From assembly GCA_020725585.1 (NCBI GenBank), contig DYES01000072.1:921-64920 (forward strand): DNA of 64,000 nt. Direction: 5' to 3'. A program made the translations under genes and the position numbers. This document shows, one piece after another, positions 10,258 to 19,737 of this stretch. The notes under the pieces are model-generated. The model worked only from the letters and a program-made list of their open reading frames with translations. It was not told the DNA's origin and did no database searches. Origin of the DNA: Desulfovirgula sp. (GTDB taxonomy: Bacteria > Bacillota > Desulfotomaculia > Desulfotomaculales > Nap2-2B). The number at the start of each line of letters is the position of its first letter. Position 1 is the stretch's first letter.

Positions 10258-11163
10258 GTGACGGCTTTGATTATTGAGTTGCGTTATCACCTCGCCTCGC
10301 TGGCCGCTGTTTTTTTAGCCCTCGGTTTGGGAATTCTGATCGGAGGAACAATGCTCAAAACCGATGCGCTGATGGAAAGCCGCCGGCAAATTGCCGACCG
10401 TCTGGAAAGACAACTGGAGCAGCTGCGGCGGGATAACGAAGCTACCCAGGCGCGTCTTGATCGTTTTCAGATGGACAACAACATGCAAAGGGACTTTGCC
10501 AGGCAAATTCTTCCCTGCCTGGTGAAAGGACGACTTGCCGGGCATCAAATAGCGGTCATTGAAACTAATAGTTACGGCTTCCCCGACGATTTGATCGCTA
10601 CCCTTCAACTGGCCGGGGCCGAGGTACAGTCAATTACAACGATCATGAGGGGTTTTGACGGTAGTTTAAACAAAGGAGCGCTGGCCGAAAAATTCGGCGG
10701 GAAGATGTTAAGCGAGGCACAGTTAAATATCCGCCTGGCCAGGGAGATTGCCCGCGGCATTATCCAAAACGATAACCGGCGCGTTCTTGACGATCTGATG
10801 GAAGCCAACATGGTCAAAATATCGGGCCGGTACGGGGTGCCTTTAAATGCCGTGGTCCTGATCGGCGGGAGCCAGGAGCGGGAAATGGTGAAGACAGAGT
10901 CGATCGACTTGCCCCTGATTGAATATTTTCTCGCGAAAAAAATACCCGTTTACGGGGTGGAAGAAACGAATGTCCTTTATTCTTACATGAGGGACTACCA
11001 GAAAAAAAGAATCAGTACTGTGGACAACATTGATACTGTCCCCGGTCAGGTTGCCCTGGTGCTGGCTATGTCCGGACGGCAGGGTCACTACGGAATTAAA
11101 TCCACCGCGCAAAAACTCCTCCCCCCTTGTGATGACCCCGGAGGGGGAGACAGTGCCGGTTAA
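10258..11163 (+). CDS. steB: SteB/MctB-like (DUF3186) membrane-anchored coiled-coil protein
   Basis: LRYHLASLAAVFLALGLGILIG N-terminus, coiled coil, ISTVDNIDT..GQ.ALVLA...G.YG C-terminus; directly follows steA. Confidence 0.85.
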   Translation: MTALIIELRYHLASLAAVFLALGLGILIGGTMLKTDALMESRRQIADRLERQLEQLRRDNEATQARLDRFQMDNNMQRDFARQILPCLVKGRLAGHQIAVIETNSYGFPDDLIATLQLAGAEVQSITTIMRGFDGSLNKGALAEKFGGKMLSEAQLNIRLAREIARGIIQNDNRRVLDDLMEANMVKISGRYGVPLNAVVLIGGSQEREMVKTESIDLPLIEYFLAKKIPVYGVEETNVLYSYMRDYQKKRISTVDNIDTVPGQVALVLAMSGRQGHYGIKSTAQKLLPPCDDPGGGDSAG

Positions 11164-11824
11164 GAAAACGGCAATGGCCATCATACCCGCTTTTAATGAA
11201 GAAGAGCGGATTTTTGAGACAGTGCGGGCGGTGTTTTCCATACCGGAAATTGATGGCGTGCTGGTGGTGGATGACGGTTCCACAGACGGCACCGCCGGGG
11301 CCGCTCGGCTGGCCGGGGCGCAGGTTCTCTCTTTGCCCTCCAACCGGGGAAAAGGAGAGGCCCTTAATCAAGGGGTGGCGAAAATTAAGCCCGACGTAGT
11401 TGTGCTCCTGGATGCAGATTTAGGGGGCACCGCTCAAGAGGCCGGGCGTTTGCTCATGCCGGTTTTGGAGGGGGAGGCGGACATGGCCGTCGCCCTTTTT
11501 CCCGGGAGCGCCCGCAAGGCGGGCTTTGGGCTGGTGAGGCGACTGGCCAGGGCAGGAATAAAATTTTATACCGGTCTGGACATGCAATCTCCCCTTTCCG
11601 GGCAGAGAGCGCTGACAAAAGAAGTACTCCGCCGCGTCATCCCCTTTGCCTCCGGCTTTGGCGTGGAGGTAGCTTTGACCATTAAAGCCGCCCGCGCGGG
11701 GTTTCGAATCCTGGAGGTTCCCGTGAATATGGGCCACAAAGAAACAACCCGCGATTTACCCGGCTTTTTGCACCGGGGGAGGCAGTTCTGGCACGTGGCC
11801 AGGACACTCTGGAAGCTGAGTTGA
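11153..11824 (+). CDS. Glycosyltransferase family 2
   Basis: IIPAFNEE, VVDDGSTDGT, NRGKGEA, LLDAD, PLSGQR; GTG start behind GGAGGGG (track start 11030). Confidence 0.9.
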   Translation: MPVKKTAMAIIPAFNEEERIFETVRAVFSIPEIDGVLVVDDGSTDGTAGAARLAGAQVLSLPSNRGKGEALNQGVAKIKPDVVVLLDADLGGTAQEAGRLLMPVLEGEADMAVALFPGSARKAGFGLVRRLARAGIKFYTGLDMQSPLSGQRALTKEVLRRVIPFASGFGVEVALTIKAARAGFRILEVPVNMGHKETTRDLPGFLHRGRQFWHVARTLWKLS

Positions 11825-11834
11825 GTTCTTTAGG

Positions 11835-12665
11835 GTGGTGGTTAATTTATATTGGGCACATGTTTTCCTGGCCTTTGGGGCGGGGTTTGTGATTACCCGT
11901 TTAATTTTACCCGCCTTGATCGCGCTGATCGCCCGGGCTCAATTTTTGCGCCCCAACTACCGGGGTGATTTGATCCCTACCGGGGCGGGATTAATTTTCT
12001 TTTTGGCGAGCTTTTTTATGGCCGGCATTTACTGCTCCCTTTTTCAGGATGCGTTGGCGGCGCTGGCCGTTTTGTTTGCTGTTGCCGCCTTTACCTGCCT
12101 GGGGCTGGTTGACGACGTCTGGGGGGCGCGGGAAACTTCCGGTCTTTTTGGGCACGGGCAAAGTTTTATCCGGGGTTACTTAACTACCGGCGCCTTAAAA
12201 GCCTTCGGCGGCCTGCTTGCGGCCGGGTTGGTTTCCGTTTTTTTCGGCCCGTGGTGGTTAATCCCGGTCAACGCCTTAATCATCGCGCTTTCTGCCAACG
12301 CCGTCAACCTTTTGGATTTGCGGCCGGGAAGGGCGGGGAAGGGGTTTATTTTGCTTGCTTCAGTTTTTGTTTTGGCGGGTTGGGGCCAGGACAAAACGCT
12401 TTTTTTAATCTTTTTTTTGGGGTGCCTGCTGGCCTATTTGCATGTTGACTTAAAGGCAATAGCAATGATGGGGGACACGGGGTCCAATCCCCTGGGGGCA
12501 ATTTTGGGCGTGAGCGCAATTTGGACGTTGAGCGGGCCTTATCTGCTCGTCTATCTGATTGCCTTGCTCTTTTTTCACCTGCTTACAGAAAAATATTCCT
12601 TGACCGAAATTATTATTAAAAATCGAGTTCTTGACTACCTGGACAGGCTGGGAAGAAAAACGTAA
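11835..12665 (+). CDS. MraY/WecA-like (glycosyltransferase family 4) polyprenyl-phosphate transferase
   Basis: Multi-TM; GLVDD, NAVNLLDLRPGR, MMGDTGSN.LG motifs. Confidence 0.82.
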   Translation: MVVNLYWAHVFLAFGAGFVITRLILPALIALIARAQFLRPNYRGDLIPTGAGLIFFLASFFMAGIYCSLFQDALAALAVLFAVAAFTCLGLVDDVWGARETSGLFGHGQSFIRGYLTTGALKAFGGLLAAGLVSVFFGPWWLIPVNALIIALSANAVNLLDLRPGRAGKGFILLASVFVLAGWGQDKTLFLIFFLGCLLAYLHVDLKAIAMMGDTGSNPLGAILGVSAIWTLSGPYLLVYLIALLFFHLLTEKYSLTEIIIKNRVLDYLDRLGRKT

Positions 12666-12707
12666 CCTATGATGTAAGTGTTCAAGGGGATTTAAAGGAG
12701 GGCGCGG

Positions 12708-13007
12708 ATGGTCAACGAACGGCGAATTTTGGATGAATTTTTGCAGCTGGCGCGGATAACCAGCACGAGCGGTAAAGAGAGGCCGCTGGCCGCCGCGCGC
12801 AACCTTCACTTTCCCGCCAGGCTGGTCAGCAGCGGCGGAGGCAGCGACGCCAATATTTTTAACAACCTGGGCATTGCCTGCGCCAATCTGGGCATCGGCA
12901 TGAAAAAAGTGCATACCACGGAAGAGTTTATAAAAGTAGAGGATCTCGTGAACATCGCGAGGCTTCTTTTGGAGATTATCCGTCTGGCCAAAGAGGTTGA
13001 CTCATGA
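12708..13007 (+). pseudogene. M20-family (peptidase T-like) peptidase with a large in-frame internal deletion
   Basis: N-terminus (MVNERRILDEFLQLARITSTSGKER) fused directly to the C-terminus (GGGSDANIFN..GI.CANLGIGM..VHT.EE); only 99 aa, central catalytic region missing. Confidence 0.8.
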
Positions 13008-14080
13008 TCAGGATCCGGGCAGGGAAGGTTGTGGGGGTAACGGCGGCCCGGCCCGGGGTAAGCGAACTGGAAGTGATCGTCGAAGGCAAACGAGAGCGGG
13101 CGGTTAACTACGATGATCTGACTGGGCCGGTGCGGCCGGGGGACGAGGTTTTCCTAAACACCACCGCCGTTTATAAAAGGCTGGGCACGGGCGGCGTTCA
13201 TTTTGTAATGGCCAACTTAAACGCGCCGCAAAAAGACGTTTTTGAAGCAGGCCACATCATGAAAGTGCGTTATACCCCGTCGCAGGTGAAAGTGCTGGCC
13301 GTTGAGGAAGCAGACCACCCCCGGAATAACCTTTTTCGCGCCGCCAAAACTCTGGCCAAAACGCCCGTCATCGTAGCCTCTTTGCACAGTGTTCTGGGAC
13401 CGGCGGCGGCAGTGATCCACAAGCTTACCGGCGGAAAAGCCCGTCTGGTTTACCTGATGACTGACGGAGGAGCGTTGCCTATCTGTTTAAGTAGACTGGT
13501 CGGGGAGTTAAAGCAAAAAGGATTGCTCGCGGCCACTGTCACCTGCGGTCACGCCTTCGGCGGGGACTACGAAGCGGTCAATATCTACAGCGGCCTCTTA
13601 GCGGCGAAAGGAGCGGCCGGGGCGGACATTATCGTTGCGGCCACGGGTCCGGGTGTTGTCGGAACGGCCCACGAATTCGGGCATACCGCCGTGGAGCAGG
13701 GAGAACTCGTCAACGCCGTGAACATTTTGGGAGGCTCCCCGGTAGCTGTACCCCGCCTGAGTTTTGCCGACCCGCGGGAGCGCCACCGGGGCTTAAGCCA
13801 CCACACGCGCACTGCACTGGGTAAAATTGCCTTGACGAAATGCACGGTAACGCTGCCGGAAATGGCCCCCGAAAAAAAAGCCTACGTAGAGAAGCAACTT
13901 GAACAGAGCGGGATTTCTGCCCGGCACCGGATTGTTTATCTAGAGGCTTCGCTAACTTTTGAGGCGGTAAAAGCATACGCATTGGAAGTTACAACGATGG
14001 GCAGAAGGATCGAAGAGGATCCTGAATTCTTTCTAGCCGCTGGGGCGGCGGGCATTTACGCCTGCAGGCGGGTAAAGTAG
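13004..14080 (+). CDS. DUF3866 family protein
   Basis: LNTTAV...LGTGG.HFV, GHIMKVRYTP.Q, LHS, YLMTDGG.LP, GHAFGGD.EAVN, RH.GLSHHT, TMGR. Confidence 0.85.
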   Translation: MIRIRAGKVVGVTAARPGVSELEVIVEGKRERAVNYDDLTGPVRPGDEVFLNTTAVYKRLGTGGVHFVMANLNAPQKDVFEAGHIMKVRYTPSQVKVLAVEEADHPRNNLFRAAKTLAKTPVIVASLHSVLGPAAAVIHKLTGGKARLVYLMTDGGALPICLSRLVGELKQKGLLAATVTCGHAFGGDYEAVNIYSGLLAAKGAAGADIIVAATGPGVVGTAHEFGHTAVEQGELVNAVNILGGSPVAVPRLSFADPRERHRGLSHHTRTALGKIALTKCTVTLPEMAPEKKAYVEKQLEQSGISARHRIVYLEASLTFEAVKAYALEVTTMGRRIEEDPEFFLAAGAAGIYACRRVK

Positions 14081-14081
14081 G

Positions 14082-14756
14082 GTGAATTTGTTGGTTCCGG
14101 TGGTTTTTCTTGGCGCCGATGCCAGCGGGGCGGCCCGTGCCGCCGGCAGCGGTCAAATTGTCATGGTTGTGGATGTTGTAGACATGTCCACCACTTTGGA
14201 AGCGGCTCTGGATGAGGGCGCTCTGGCCGTATACGGGGCCGCTCCGGACGATGCCCGCCCTCCGGTGCCCGTTGATCCGGCCCAAGTAGGGCGACTGGCC
14301 GGAAAAAAAGCCTGCACCGGCGGCTCCGGGGTAATTATAATTGCCGAACCGCGCACGGGTTCCGACCGGGAGAGGCTCTCCCGGGTGCAGAAAGTGCTCC
14401 GGGGGATCAGGGAAAGCGGAGCCAGGCTAGAAGGCGTTTTTCCCAATTTGGGTGCGGAAACCGTAACCCTGGCCGATTTCCGAAAGCGGGTGGTGGTGGC
14501 CGTATCTTACGCGGGCGGGGTTGCCTTCGATGCCGCATTGACTGCCGGCGCCCCGGCTGTTTTGACAGGAACCGTGGCCCGGACAAGAAAAAAGAAGGGT
14601 CGTGCTTCGGCCCTTTCGGCGGCAAACAGAGCCTTCGCGGCGGCCCGCCGGTGGCAAAGAGACGTAACTGTTGTCGCTGCCAGCGCCAGTTCCTTAGAGG
14701 ATCTTCTGGCCGCGGAGTATATTTTTAAATTGCTTTTGGATAAGATCAGGATTTAG
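14082..14756 (+). CDS. Conserved hypothetical protein, ComB (2-phosphosulfolactate phosphatase)-like
   Basis: VVDVVDMSTTLEAAL..GA N-terminal and SLEDLLAA C-terminal motifs resemble ComB. Confidence 0.55.
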   Translation: MNLLVPVVFLGADASGAARAAGSGQIVMVVDVVDMSTTLEAALDEGALAVYGAAPDDARPPVPVDPAQVGRLAGKKACTGGSGVIIIAEPRTGSDRERLSRVQKVLRGIRESGARLEGVFPNLGAETVTLADFRKRVVVAVSYAGGVAFDAALTAGAPAVLTGTVARTRKKKGRASALSAANRAFAAARRWQRDVTVVAASASSLEDLLAAEYIFKLLLDKIRI

Positions 14757-14844
14757 GGTAAAAAATTAAGCCGTAAATATTTTACTTCCTGGTTATTGCA
14801 TACTTCAGCAAGCCGTCGCTAATTCTTAGTTGTCCCGGGGTCGG

Positions 14845-14875
14845 GTTATAATTTACTCTCCGTCGCCATAAAGAT
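14845..14875 (+). promoter_or_regulatory. Putative sigma-E promoter of spoIIM
   Basis: ATA(14848-50)-16 nt-CATAAAGAT; spoIIM is a known sigma-E gene. Confidence 0.6.
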
Positions 14876-14911
14876 AAAAGTGGGACAGGTTTGGGCGGGG
14901 AGGAAGCGGGC

Positions 14912-15568
14912 GTGTGGGGGGTCTGGAAAAGCTTTTGGACGTGGAAGCAAAACTGGCTTTGCTACTTAGTTGTTTTGATTTTTTTTCTTTTGGGCGCCGG
15001 GCTCGGGATGTTTGCCGCAAACAATCTCTCCCCGGAACAGCTCGCTGAAATACATGGTTACCTGGATGCTTTCCTAATCCAAATGGAACGCTTCCAGATC
15101 GACTCCACCAAAGCGGCACGTTCAATTCTGCATGAAAATATAATCGTGATCAGCGTTATTTATTTTTTAGGTTTAACTTTTGTGGGCATCCCTTTTATTC
15201 TGGCTTTAATTCTGGTACGCGGCTTTATTTTAGGTTTTGCGGTTTCTTGCCTGAGCAAAGCCATGTCCTGGCCGGGATTTATCCTGGCGGTTGTTTCTCT
15301 TTTTCCCCATAACTTTATCTACCTGCCCGCCCTGGTTGTGGGCGGGGTGACGGCTATTTCTTTTGCTTTGTTTACTTTCAAACTCCACGGGGAGTACAGG
15401 GCCAGGTTATGGAGCTGCGTGCTGGGCTATACCGCAGTGATGCTGATGGTAATGGCTGTTACCCTGGGAGCGGGTTTAATTGAAGCATATTTTTCACCCT
15501 GGCTGACCCGGCTGGCCGCCGGGTTTATCCAGACGTCCTTTTTTAGCGAATTAATCAGGTCAAATTAA
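14912..15568 (+). CDS. spoIIM: Stage II sporulation protein M
   Basis: Multi-TM; GIPFIL.LI..RGF.LGF, PHN.IY.PA, LIEAY.SP; GTG start behind GGAGG (track start 14891); precedes xerD-deoB. Confidence 0.9.
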   Translation: MWGVWKSFWTWKQNWLCYLVVLIFFLLGAGLGMFAANNLSPEQLAEIHGYLDAFLIQMERFQIDSTKAARSILHENIIVISVIYFLGLTFVGIPFILALILVRGFILGFAVSCLSKAMSWPGFILAVVSLFPHNFIYLPALVVGGVTAISFALFTFKLHGEYRARLWSCVLGYTAVMLMVMAVTLGAGLIEAYFSPWLTRLAAGFIQTSFFSELIRSN

Positions 15569-15631
15569 AAGGAAAAATTTGAGCTTTATAGAATGTAAAC
15601 AACAAACAAATTCAAAAGAGGGGGTCAAGCC

Positions 15632-16741
15632 GTGCCTGCGGACGTGTTTTTTGCGGACATGCGCGCCCGGCACAAAGAAAGCCTTTTAGACAAAGTGGAT
15701 AAATTATTTGAGAAAGCCGGTATGAAGGAGTTAATTGCGCCCGGCGATCTGGTTGCTCTTAAAGTCCACTTCGGCGAGCGTGGCAACACCGGTTACATCC
15801 GGCCGCAATTTGTGCGCAGGCTGGTGAATCAGGTGAAAAGCCTGGGCGGCAAGCCCTTTCTCACCGATGCCAATACTCTTTACGTGGGCAGCCGGGCCAA
15901 CGCCGTGGACCATTTGCAGACGGCCATCGAGAACGGCTTTACCTACGCCGTCGTGGATGCTCCGTTGATCATTGCCGACGGCCTGGTGGGCAAAGATTAT
16001 GTGCATGTGCCGGTGCAGTTAAAACACTTCGGAGAAGTAAAAATCAGCAGCGCCATTTATCACGCCGACGCCTTGCTCGTCATCAGCCATTTTAAGGGAC
16101 ACGAGCTGGTCGGCTTCGGCGGCGCTATAAAAAATATCGGGATGGGCTCCGGCTCCCGGGGCGGAAAACAAATGATGCATTCCGATGTGCTCCCGAAAGT
16201 GAAAGAAGAAAAATGCCTTGGCTGCGGAAAGTGCATCCAGTGGTGCCCGGCACAAGCAATTACAGTTGACCGGGAAAAACGCAAGGCTCAAATTAATGCT
16301 CAAAAATGTATCGGTTGCGGTGAATGCACCATTACCTGTCCGCACAGGGCGATTGCGATCAGCTGGAAGACAGAACCCCACGTGGCTCAGGAAAAAATTG
16401 TGGAATACAGTGTAGGCGTATTGAAAAACAAACAAAGTAAAGCAGGATTTTTCAACTTTATTATGAATGTTTCCCCGGACTGCGATTGCGCGGGCTGGAC
16501 GGACGCTTCCATTGTAAGGGATATAGGAATTCTTGCCTCTTTAGATCCCGTCGCCCTGGATCAGGCCAGCGTTGATCTGGTGAACAAAGAAAGAGGTCTT
16601 CCGGAATCCAGGCTGGCCGGCTGCGAAGGCGCGGTGGACAAGTTCGGCGCCATCTGGCCCAACGCCAACTGGGAGCGTCAGCTGGCCTATGCGCAGGAAG
16701 TGGGGCTGGGAACGCGATCTTATAACTTAATTAAAGTTTAA
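15632..16741 (+). CDS. DUF362-domain Fe-S protein with 2x[4Fe-4S] ferredoxin insert
   Basis: KVHFGERGN, HFKGH..GFGGAIKN.GMG, two CxxCxxCxxxCP motifs, SPDCDC. Confidence 0.88.
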   Translation: MPADVFFADMRARHKESLLDKVDKLFEKAGMKELIAPGDLVALKVHFGERGNTGYIRPQFVRRLVNQVKSLGGKPFLTDANTLYVGSRANAVDHLQTAIENGFTYAVVDAPLIIADGLVGKDYVHVPVQLKHFGEVKISSAIYHADALLVISHFKGHELVGFGGAIKNIGMGSGSRGGKQMMHSDVLPKVKEEKCLGCGKCIQWCPAQAITVDREKRKAQINAQKCIGCGECTITCPHRAIAISWKTEPHVAQEKIVEYSVGVLKNKQSKAGFFNFIMNVSPDCDCAGWTDASIVRDIGILASLDPVALDQASVDLVNKERGLPESRLAGCEGAVDKFGAIWPNANWERQLAYAQEVGLGTRSYNLIKV

Positions 16742-16856
16742 TTCGATTCATCTATAACTAAAAAACTGCATTTCATGATTGGTTGGCTTTAACGAAACGG
16801 GAAAGGTAATCAGGCTGAGGTTGGATACTATTTTACGGGGGAGGTGGCGTAACCCC

Positions 16857-17750
16857 ATGGAAAGGCTGGTCGATAGTTTCCTTGGTTACTTGCTCCTGGA
16901 GCGGGGGCTGGCTGAAAATACTCTGGTTTCTTATAAGCTGGACCTCATTGACTTTCATGCCTTTTGTCGGCAGGAAGGTTTCGATCCCCTGTCTTTGACG
17001 GCCCGGCAGGCAATTATCCTCTACCTTTTAAAACTTAAACGGGAAGGCAAGGCGCCGGCGACAGTTTCCCGCCGCCTGGCTGCGTTAAGGACTTTTTATC
17101 GTTTTCTCTTAAACGAGGGGATGTTGCACCAGGACCCCACAAACAACCTGGAATCGCCCCGGATTATGGAAAGGCTGCCTCAGGTGCTGAGCGTTTCCGA
17201 GGTGGAAAGTCTGCTCAACCAGCCCCGGGTAACCGATCCGGCCGGTCTGCGGGATAAAGCCATGCTTGAGCTGCTTTATGCCACCGGCATCAGGGTATCG
17301 GAACTCATTTCGCTCGATCTCGACCAGGTAAATCTCAAGCACGGATTCATTCGCTGTCTGGGAAAGGGGTCCAAGGAGCGCATAATTCCCTTGGGGAGCG
17401 TGGCCAGCCATTACGTTTCTGAATATCTTGTTCGCGCTAGAGCGAAACTAACCAGGGGCAAGCTCACCTCGGCTTTGTTTGTTAACCGGCGGGGCCGCCG
17501 GCTGACTCGCCAGGGTTTCTGGAAAATTATTAAAAAGTACGCGTCCGCGGCCAGAATAAAAAAGGACATTCACCCTCATACCCTGCGTCATTCCTTTGCT
17601 ACGCATATGCTGGAGAACGGAGCGGATTTACGTTCCGTTCAGGAGCTGTTGGGGCACGCCGATATCAGCACCACGCAGATTTACACGCACCTGACCAGGG
17701 CGCGGTTAAAAGAAGTGTACGACCAGGCGCACCCCCGGGCGAATTATTAA
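16857..17750 (+). CDS. xerD: Site-specific tyrosine recombinase XerD
   Basis: RDKAMLELLYATGIRVSEL, GKGSKER, HTLRHSFATH, LLGHADISTTQIY; ATG behind GGAGG at 16857. Confidence 0.95.
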   Translation: MERLVDSFLGYLLLERGLAENTLVSYKLDLIDFHAFCRQEGFDPLSLTARQAIILYLLKLKREGKAPATVSRRLAALRTFYRFLLNEGMLHQDPTNNLESPRIMERLPQVLSVSEVESLLNQPRVTDPAGLRDKAMLELLYATGIRVSELISLDLDQVNLKHGFIRCLGKGSKERIIPLGSVASHYVSEYLVRARAKLTRGKLTSALFVNRRGRRLTRQGFWKIIKKYASAARIKKDIHPHTLRHSFATHMLENGADLRSVQELLGHADISTTQIYTHLTRARLKEVYDQAHPRANY

Positions 17751-17924
17751 GTAAGTAAGATGCATGAGGCACAAAGTACAAAGCATAAAAACACAACGAG
17801 GTGCTGTACCTGAGCTTATTTAAAAGAGGGTGCAAAGGAAGCAAAGGCGGGGAAGGGCAAAAGAATAGCTGGCGAAATTATGCTTTAAATTTCAAAACAT
17901 TGATGGGGGAGGAAGCTTTTTTCG

Positions 17925-19109
17925 TTGCCGGACAACGCGCAAGTCAACCGGATTATTTTAATCGTCTTAGACGGCGTTGGCATAGGCGCCTTGCCTGACG
18001 CCGATCAATACGGTGATGCGGGAAGCAATACACTCGTGAATACGGCGCGGGCTGTAGGAGGGTTAAGTTTACCCCACCTGGCCAGGCTGGGCCTGGGGAA
18101 TATTACCCAAATTCCTGGTGTTCCTGCGGCAGCCGAGCCGGCAGGCAGTTTTGGGAAAATGGCGGAGCGTTCCCCGGGAAAAGACACGACCACCGGCCAC
18201 TGGGAAATCGCCGGCCTTGTTTTGGACAAGCCCTTTCCAGTTTATCCAAACGGCTTTCCCGAAGAATTAATAGAGTTTTTCGAAGAGCAAATTGGCAGGC
18301 GCGTGCTCGGGAATAAAGTTGCTTCCGGAACGGAAATCATTGAGGAACTTGGTGCTGAACACATGCGCACAGGTTATCCGATTGTTTACACCTCAGCGGA
18401 CAGCGTTTTTCAGATTGCCGCCCACGAAGAAATCATCCCCGTTCAGGAACTTTACCGCATCTGCCAAATTGCCCGCAAAATTTTAAGCGGCAAACACGCT
18501 GTAGCGCGCGTCATCGCCCGACCCTTTATCGGACGGCCGGGCGCGTTTATCCGCACGGCTAGAAGACATGATTTTTCTTTAGCGCCCCCCAAACCCACCA
18601 TTTTAGACGCGCTTTGCGAGAATGGCTTTGCCGTGCTGGCGGTGGGAAAAATTGAAGATATTTTTGCCGGCCGGGGGATCACCAGAACTGTGCACACGAA
18701 GGACAATATGGACGGAGTAAACAGGACCCTGGAATTCATGCGCGGGGGCGAACGAGGGCTCATCTTCGCCAACTTAGTAGACTTTGATATGGTCTACGGC
18801 CACCGCAACAACGCGCCGGGGTACGCCGAGGCGCTTGCCGCCTTCGATCGCCGCCTCCCGGAGATAATGAACGCCCTGCGCTCTGACGATATTTTAATTG
18901 TTACCGCCGATCACGGCTGCGATCCCACAACTCCCAGCACAGACCACAGCCGGGAATACGTTCCGGTTTTAGTCTACGGCCACAAGGTGCGCCCGGGGGT
19001 GAACCTGGGGATTAGACAAACCTTTGCCGACATAGCCGCTACTGTGGCCGATCTTTTTCACCTGGACTTTAGATCACCCGGAACAAGTTTTGCCGGCGAA
19101 ATTTTTTAA
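17925..19109 (+). CDS. deoB: Phosphopentomutase
   Basis: [53 protein letters not shown]. Confidence 0.96.
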   Translation: MPDNAQVNRIILIVLDGVGIGALPDADQYGDAGSNTLVNTARAVGGLSLPHLARLGLGNITQIPGVPAAAEPAGSFGKMAERSPGKDTTTGHWEIAGLVLDKPFPVYPNGFPEELIEFFEEQIGRRVLGNKVASGTEIIEELGAEHMRTGYPIVYTSADSVFQIAAHEEIIPVQELYRICQIARKILSGKHAVARVIARPFIGRPGAFIRTARRHDFSLAPPKPTILDALCENGFAVLAVGKIEDIFAGRGITRTVHTKDNMDGVNRTLEFMRGGERGLIFANLVDFDMVYGHRNNAPGYAEALAAFDRRLPEIMNALRSDDILIVTADHGCDPTTPSTDHSREYVPVLVYGHKVRPGVNLGIRQTFADIAATVADLFHLDFRSPGTSFAGEIF

Positions 19110-19163
19110 AAACAGGACTGGCGAAAAAATATAAGCCTGAATAAACAAAAAGTTGAGGGGTAT

Positions 19164-19709
19164 ATGAAGAACATTGTTTTAATTGGCTTTATGGGCACGG
19201 GAAAAACGGCCGTGGGCAGGCGTTTGGCCAGCCGTTTGGGCCGGAAATTTATCGATACGGATGCTGAAATAGAGCGGGTGACGGGGAAGACCATCCCCCA
19301 GATATTTGCCCAGGACGGCGAGTTAAGATTTCGTTCCGAGGAGAGGCTGGTGATTCAAAAGCTTTCCCGCCAGGAAGGAATGGTGATCGCCACGGGCGGG
19401 GGTGCTGTTTTGAACCCCGAAAACATGGCCGATTTAAAACGAAACGGGATAACGATCTGCCTTACCGCTGAGCCGGAAATAATCTACCAGCGGGTCAGGG
19501 GCAAAAAGCACAGGCCGCTGCTGAATAAAAAAGGAGATCTCTTGGGGCAAATAAAAGAACTCTTGGACAGGAGAAAACCCTTTTATCAGGCGGCCGATTA
19601 TACAGTGGACACAAGTTATAAGACGCCGGAAAAAGTAGTGGACGAGATCATTGCTTATTTGACAGCAGGTAATCTAAAGAACGGATGGGAACCAGACTCA
19701 AACCTCTAG
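19164..19709 (+). CDS. aroK: Shikimate kinase
   Basis: GFMGTGKT, DTD, GE..FR..E, ATGGG, RPLL. Confidence 0.95.
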   Translation: MKNIVLIGFMGTGKTAVGRRLASRLGRKFIDTDAEIERVTGKTIPQIFAQDGELRFRSEERLVIQKLSRQEGMVIATGGGAVLNPENMADLKRNGITICLTAEPEIIYQRVRGKKHRPLLNKKGDLLGQIKELLDRRKPFYQAADYTVDTSYKTPEKVVDEIIAYLTAGNLKNGWEPDSNL

Positions 19710-19737
19710 TAAATTAAAAAGTAAAGCAGGGAAGAAA

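Noticed and set aside
16857..17750. Tyrosine recombinase as a mobile-element integrase
   Set aside because: Size, motifs and spoIIM-xerD-deoB context match housekeeping XerD; no att repeats or dif-like site seen nearby.
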